From positions 64,001 to 128,000 of the forward strand of contig CAWHWX010000012.1 of the NCBI GenBank assembly GCA_963833125.1: 64,000 bases of DNA. Direction: 5' to 3'. Position 1 is the first letter of the stretch. The number at the start of each line of letters is the position of its first letter. Origin of the DNA: Candidatus Bathyarchaeota archaeon (GTDB lineage Archaea; Thermoproteota; Bathyarchaeia; 40CM-2-53-6). Below the pieces are notes generated by a model. It saw only the letters and a list, made by a program, of their open reading frames with translations. It was not told the origin of the DNA and searched no databases. The translations under genes were made by a program, and so were the position numbers. This document shows positions 59,025-64,000 of the stretch, one piece after another.

Positions 59025-60296
59025 TTATTCGTACTTCAGCGCAACAACCGGGTTCATTCTCGAAGCTCTCCATGCAGGATACAACCCTGCAACAGTCGCT
59101 AGGAGGACTGGGAATGTGAGTGCGAAGATTATGAGCCCTGTTGAGAAGACGGGTTGAATACTCGGTGCTGCTGCTCCGCCTCCACCCCCCCTCCCCCAAA
59201 TCTTACTCCGCCGCCTCCTAATCCTCCTAGAAACCCGCCCATTAGGAACGAAAGTGCGTAACCAAGCATTAGGCCACAGACCCCTCCTACTACTCCAGTT
59301 AGCGCGGCTTCGGACAAGAACATGCCCATGATTTGCTTCGGTCGATACCCTATAGCTTTCAGGATACCGATTTCTCTCGTGCGTTCCATAACCGAGACAT
59401 ACATTGTGTTGACTATCCCAACCGTTGCGACGAACAACGACACTGCTCCAATGCTGCCTAGAAATACCGTGAGTTGCCCTGTGATTCCTTGGATGCTGGA
59501 TAGAATCTGTCCGGGGCTAATTACGCGAACATTGCTGCCGTAATATGTTGTTATTGTATTCTGAACGTTCGCGACGTCACCAGTGTTGTCAACGACAATG
59601 TAGATTCCGTTGAAGTATGGCGTCTTTGAGAGAATCGTAGCCGCTTGAAGTGAAATGTAAACCGTATCATCGATGTTCGAGAAAAGTGCTGTCCCGTATT
59701 GGGTGAGGATTGCGCTTGCAAGCACCGAGTATGCAATGGCTGATTTGGCTCCTTTAATTCCCGTAAGAGACATTGAAACCAACTGATGGAGGCCGATCGG
59801 CGTTCCTGAAGTAGGGTTCGCAATGGACCATCCGATTGCGGCGGAAGTGGTATCCCCTGAAAGAGGAATGCTGCCCTCAGCAACCGTTAGCCCGTTATAC
59901 AAAACTGGCAGGGCTGAAAGATCGATTCCGACTACAGAGGCTTGAAGCGTTGCACCCCCATTCATGATGGAGGCTCCGAAGGAATAGTAAGGATAGGCCT
60001 CCGCCACACCGGGAACGCTCTTCAAGTAGGTGATGTCAGATTGGCTTAGTTGATATGTATTAGATGAGCCAGCCTCAAAGAAACCGCCCGCATTACGAAT
60101 TGTGAGGATGTTCGCCCCTGTCTTCTGCGATGTTGGCAGTAATTCCCGCGCTAAGCCCACTTGAACTCGCAATCAAGGCTAAGATTATGGCGGAGCCTAC
60201 CGTTATCCCGAGAATGGTTAGGACGCTGCGTATCTTTCGGTCGAGCAGCGCTTTGGCCGCCAACTTGAACATATCAGTGACTAACATTTTTCTCAA
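59025..60296 (-). CDS. ABC transporter permease (MacB/FtsX type), frameshifted
   Basis: RKIRSVLTILGI..G; GIVNTMYVSVMERTREIGILKAIG; end AGLYPAWRASRMNPVVALKYE* in a third frame (stop at 59025). Confidence 0.85.
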
Positions 60297-61048
60297 CCCA
60301 ACGAGTAGGAATCCAGTCTTTGAAGGTATTGCTCTTTTTCGACTAGTCCGTCTCGAATAGAGATCACGTGTTGAGTTCTCTCCGCGATATCTGGATTATG
60401 GGTGACAACAAGTATGGTGGTGCCGAATTGCTTGTTTACACTGACAAACTGATCAACCACCTCACTAGTGGTCTTTGAATCCAGGTTTCCAGTCGGCTCG
60501 TCGGCTATGACGAGGGCCGGTAATGTGACTAAGGCCCTGGCTATTGCGACGCGTTGCTGTTCTCCACCGCTAAGCTCAGCGGGTCGCTTGCTCGCCTTTG
60601 ATCCAAGGCCCACTGCACTGAGCATCTTCAAAGATTTGCTCCTTCGAATCTTCTCAGGCATACCGCGAGAGATGAGAGGCATCTCGACATTCTCTACTGA
60701 CGTGAGGCGTTGAATCAGGTTGAATGATTGGTATACGAATCCAAGCTTGCGGTTTCTGAGTATGGCTAGCTTATCTTCGCTTAGCTTTCGAATGTCGATT
60801 CCGTCAATGATTATCCGACCAGCCGTTGGCCGGTCGAGTGCCCCAATCAGGTTGAGAAGTGTCGATTTACCGCTGCCTGAAGGCCCCATTATGGCAACGA
60901 ACTCGCCTTTGTCAATCTTCAAGTTGATTCCTTTCAGGGCTGGGTAGTCTGTATGGCCTACTCGGTAGACTTTCGTAACGTCAATTGTTTGAACTGCTAG
61001 GTTGGTCTTTGGGCTGGTCGGCGCTGTGGGGGGAGGCATCTTATTCAT
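60293..61048 (-). CDS. ABC transporter ATP-binding protein (LolD/MacB type)
   Basis: GPSGSGKST, LSGGEQQRVAIARAL, ADEPTGNLD and VTH motifs. Confidence 0.93.
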   Translation of the reverse strand: MNKMPPPTAPTSPKTNLAVQTIDVTKVYRVGHTDYPALKGINLKIDKGEFVAIMGPSGSGKSTLLNLIGALDRPTAGRIIIDGIDIRKLSEDKLAILRNRKLGFVYQSFNLIQRLTSVENVEMPLISRGMPEKIRRSKSLKMLSAVGLGSKASKRPAELSGGEQQRVAIARALVTLPALVIADEPTGNLDSKTTSEVVDQFVSVNKQFGTTILVVTHNPDIAERTQHVISIRDGLVEKEQYLQRLDSYSLG

Positions 61049-61065
61049 AACTACACGCCATAGTT
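61049..61065 (-). promoter_or_regulatory. Second putative BlaI-family operator
   Basis: AACTAC-N5-ATAGTT immediately upstream of the ABC ATPase start codon. Confidence 0.55.
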
Positions 61066-61117
61066 GGTAAATTTACGTGTTATGCTCTCACACGTTGTCT
61101 TCAGAGAGTTGATGGCT

Positions 61118-61218
61118 TGGTGGGGCCGGCCGGATTTGAACCGGCGGCTTCGCGGTTGCCTCGGAGCAACTCACGCGGGCCCAAGCCGCGTATCATAACC
61201 ATGCTAGACTACGGCCCC
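61118..61218 (-). tRNA. tRNA-Pro(TGG) with a 23-nt intron at 45/46
   Basis: Reverse complement: GGGGCCG TA GTCT AGCATGGTTAT GAT A CGCGG CT TGG GC CCGCG TG[AGTTGCTCCGAGGCAACCGCGAA]GCC GCCGG TTCAAAT CCGGC CGGCCCC A CCA. Perfect BHB. Confidence 0.92.
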
Positions 61219-61387
61219 TAACCTGCTGATAGGCCTGGGGGTTTATGTGCTTGTTGAAGCGATGCTATCAGCGAAATTGAGCAAGTCGCGTGGGCTATGC
61301 CATGGACTTCCCTTGACCTGAAACTCAATCCATGTTTCCACAAAGCTTTTTCAGTATCTTGGCAGAAACAGTTGCTCGTGTTTCGGT

Positions 61388-61545
61388 TGTCGGAAGATCA
61401 AGTTGAGGAAGTCGAATTGGTCATGGTTGGCCCGCCGCTTGAAGTCCTGGGGGATCTCTATGTCTGCGCTAGTTGCGGAGCCCCGCTCACCGAGATTCCG
61501 GCATATAATCGGTTCTATTGTGAGAACTGCGGCTTACACTACTAG
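61388..61545 (+). CDS. Small zinc-ribbon protein
   Basis: CASCGAPL......RFYCENCG; start approximate (ORF is open from 61297). Confidence 0.55.
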
Positions 61546-61608
61546 GGTCTAGCCGCTCAGAAAGGTTTGTTTAACCATCGGAGATTCCAACCCTGGCGCA
61601 GCTAACAG

Positions 61609-63180
61609 TTGCGAGATAACAGAGAGCGGCAACCACGCAGCCATTGCCATATGGCGACCGCTTGCATTCTCGTTATTGCGATCACTATAGTGTGCACCGC
61701 CGTGGCTCAACACTCAGTCGCAGCAGTTGCTACCTCACCACGGTACATCGACGAGTATGACGTGCCGACTCCAAATTCTGCTCCGCTCGCTTTGACTGTG
61801 GATCGGAATGGAATTGTTTGGTTTACTGAGTCGAATGCAACTAAACTCGGTCGGTTCGATCCGAGGACAAACTCCTTCACGGAGTATGCGGTTCCTGGGG
61901 TGGGAGATATGTGGGGAATAACTGTTGATCAGAGCGGAGCCATTTGGTTAACCCAATACTCCCTCAAAGGTTCAGTAAACCCAGGAGGAGCAATCGAACC
62001 TGGAGGAAACGGAAGACTGGTTCGGTTCAACCCGAGTGATGGAAACTTCACGGTCATCACAATTCCGACTCCCGGATCTTTCCCGTTCAGAATAATCTCA
62101 GATGCACAAGGCCAACTGTGGTTTACGGAACTGTTAGGAAATAAGATAGGTTCGTACGATCCATTCTCTGGCAAACTTGAGGAGTATCTTGTTCCAACTC
62201 AGTTTGCCGGCCCGGCGGATCTAACATTCGACAGTCACGGTACATTATGGTTCACCGAAGCCTACAACGAATCAGTTGCAAGGTTCGACCTGCAAACGAA
62301 AACGTTCATCGAGTACCATTTTTCCTCAATAGACCCCACACAGTACGTTGGCTCCCCGGTCGGGATCGCCGTCACACCAGGACGGAGTCGTGTGGATAGC
62401 TGATCACGGCGGAAACTGGATTGTAGAATTCAACTCCACGTCCCAGCAAATAATCCGCTATCCAACCCACGAACCCCCACCACAAGTCTATCCAATTTCG
62501 ATACCAAACGATTTGCTGCTAGACGGAGAGGGAAGAGTATGGTTCTGCGGAGCATGGCGGCAACAGCATAGGCTTTCTAGAACCCAGCACGCAGAAGATG
62601 GTTGAGTTCGCCATTCCAACTGGACCGATCAGCACCGCTCTATGGATCGCCTTGGCCCCCGATGGGAACGTATGGTTTACTGAATGGAGTGGAAACAAGA
62701 TTGGAGTCGTCCAAGCGAACCAAACAGTTCCCTTCGCTGTAAGCGCCTCTGAAAGTCAGTTAGATCTGCAGCCCGGCGGGCAAACCAGTTTAATGTTGTC
62801 AGCGAGCGGTGTGCAGAGCTCCAGGAAACGGGACTTATGTTTACTCCTGGCCGTCATACACTCCTCAAGACGTTAACGTAACCTACTCTCCGCAAAGTGC
62901 ATCACTCATGAACCTCGCCAACAACCCAAGTCAGGCTACTATCACGGTCTCCCCACGCACGACACCTGGACAGTACGTTCTCGGGTTGGGACTCGACGCC
63001 GGTACTGTGAGAGTTTGGGCTATGGTCAAGACTGAAGTGAGCGGTAAGGCAGCAGTGACGTTCCTGCTGCCTAATACAGACTGGTTCATTATTGGCGCGG
63101 CGGTCGTAGTTGTGGTTCTGATTCTTGTAAGGCAAAAGCGACTTCAAAAATCGAGTCCGAAGACGGCTGTTCGGCCCTGA
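61609..63180 (+). CDS. Secreted, membrane-anchored Vgb (virginiamycin B lyase)-like beta-propeller protein, three indels
   Basis: Repeated G.VWFTE...KIG.FDP blades across ORFs 61609-62403, 62348-62605 and 62598-62876; Ig-like domain and C-terminal TM in 62809-63180. Confidence 0.75.
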
Positions 63181-63219
63181 CGATGTTAATTTAAACCTAG
63201 ACCACAGTCCTTAGCCTGG

Positions 63220-64000
63220 ATGATTTCCTTGGCGGCGTCCCAAAAACTCTCTCAATTCACTGAATCGGTCATTCGTGAGATGACGCGGCTTAGCGAACAG
63301 TACGGTGCGATCAACCTCTCGCAGGGAATGCCCGACTTTATTCCATCCCCGAAACTGGTTGAAGCCGCTGTAGAAGCGATTAGGCGTGGTTCAAACCAAT
63401 ATTCGATCACTTGGGGTCACAAAGGGCTAAGGGAGGCGATCTCTGCGAAAGCGAAGGAGTATAATGGGATTGATTCAGACCCGGAGAAGAATGTAACCGT
63501 AACGTGTGGTTCGACTGAAGCTGTCGCTTCAGCTATTTTTGCGTTAACAAATCCTGGTGATCGCATCGTTGTAACCGATCCATTCTACGAGAACTACGTC
63601 CCAGACGCAATACTCGCGGACTGTGAACTGCTATACGTGCCTTTCAAGGGTAGAGCTCTAGAACTCGATGAAGAGAGCCTCAAGAATGTTATGACGAAAC
63701 ATCCGAAACTCTTCATCCTGAACACACCCAATAATCCAACCGGCCGCGTCCTAGAGCCAGAGCAACTAAAGTTAATCGCCGATCTCTGTGAAGATGAAGA
63801 AACCATCGCGGTCACCGACGAGATATACGAACACATACTCTACGACGGCAAACAACACCTAAGCCTTGCTTCACTGGGAAATATGCACGACAAGACCGTG
63901 ACAGTGAACGGCGCCTCGAAGACTTACAGCGTCACCGGATGGCGAGTGGGTTGGGCAATAGCCGAAACAAACCTCACGAACGCCATACGAAAAGTGCACG
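63220..64000 (+). CDS. PLP-dependent aminotransferase class I/II, truncated by window edge
   Basis: Manual translation: FTESVIREMTRL...AINLSQGMPDF...NTPNNPTG...DEIYEH...SKTYSVTGWRVG. Confidence 0.88.
   Translation, partial: MISLAASQKLSQFTESVIREMTRLSEQYGAINLSQGMPDFIPSPKLVEAAVEAIRRGSNQYSITWGHKGLREAISAKAKEYNGIDSDPEKNVTVTCGSTEAVASAIFALTNPGDRIVVTDPFYENYVPDAILADCELLYVPFKGRALELDEESLKNVMTKHPKLFILNTPNNPTGRVLEPEQLKLIADLCEDEETIAVTDEIYEHILYDGKQHLSLASLGNMHDKTVTVNGASKTYSVTGWRVGWAIAETNLTNAIRKVH

Overview
Archaeal (TACK-like, probably Bathyarchaeia; inferred) chromosomal window. It carries many single-base indels that look like uncorrected long-read errors. Housekeeping content: branched-chain amino acid ABC transporter, 2-oxoacid:ferredoxin oxidoreductase (gamma-delta-alpha-beta), TrpB2, DUF72-DinB, rpiA, pgk, a LysW-type argG-lysWXYZJK-argH cluster, and six tRNA genes holding about 11 introns, 7 of them at non-canonical positions. 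The standout locus (about 24.5-30.1 kb) is a compact eukaryote-like ubiquitin operon: JAB/MPN+ protease, ubiquitin ending in GG, UBC-type E2, and E1 with an N-terminal Ubl. Its deubiquitinase is a single-pass membrane protein with a large external beta-sandwich region. No RING/HECT E3 is visible, and two paralogous zinc-ribbon/B-box proteins flank the operon. Also noted: a BlaI/BlaR-like module with a shared operator in front of itself and a MacB-type ABC transporter, a tRNA-Met-anchored islet, a tandem array of PEF-CTERM surface-protein genes with a repeated downstream hairpin, and two microproteins missing from the ORF track.
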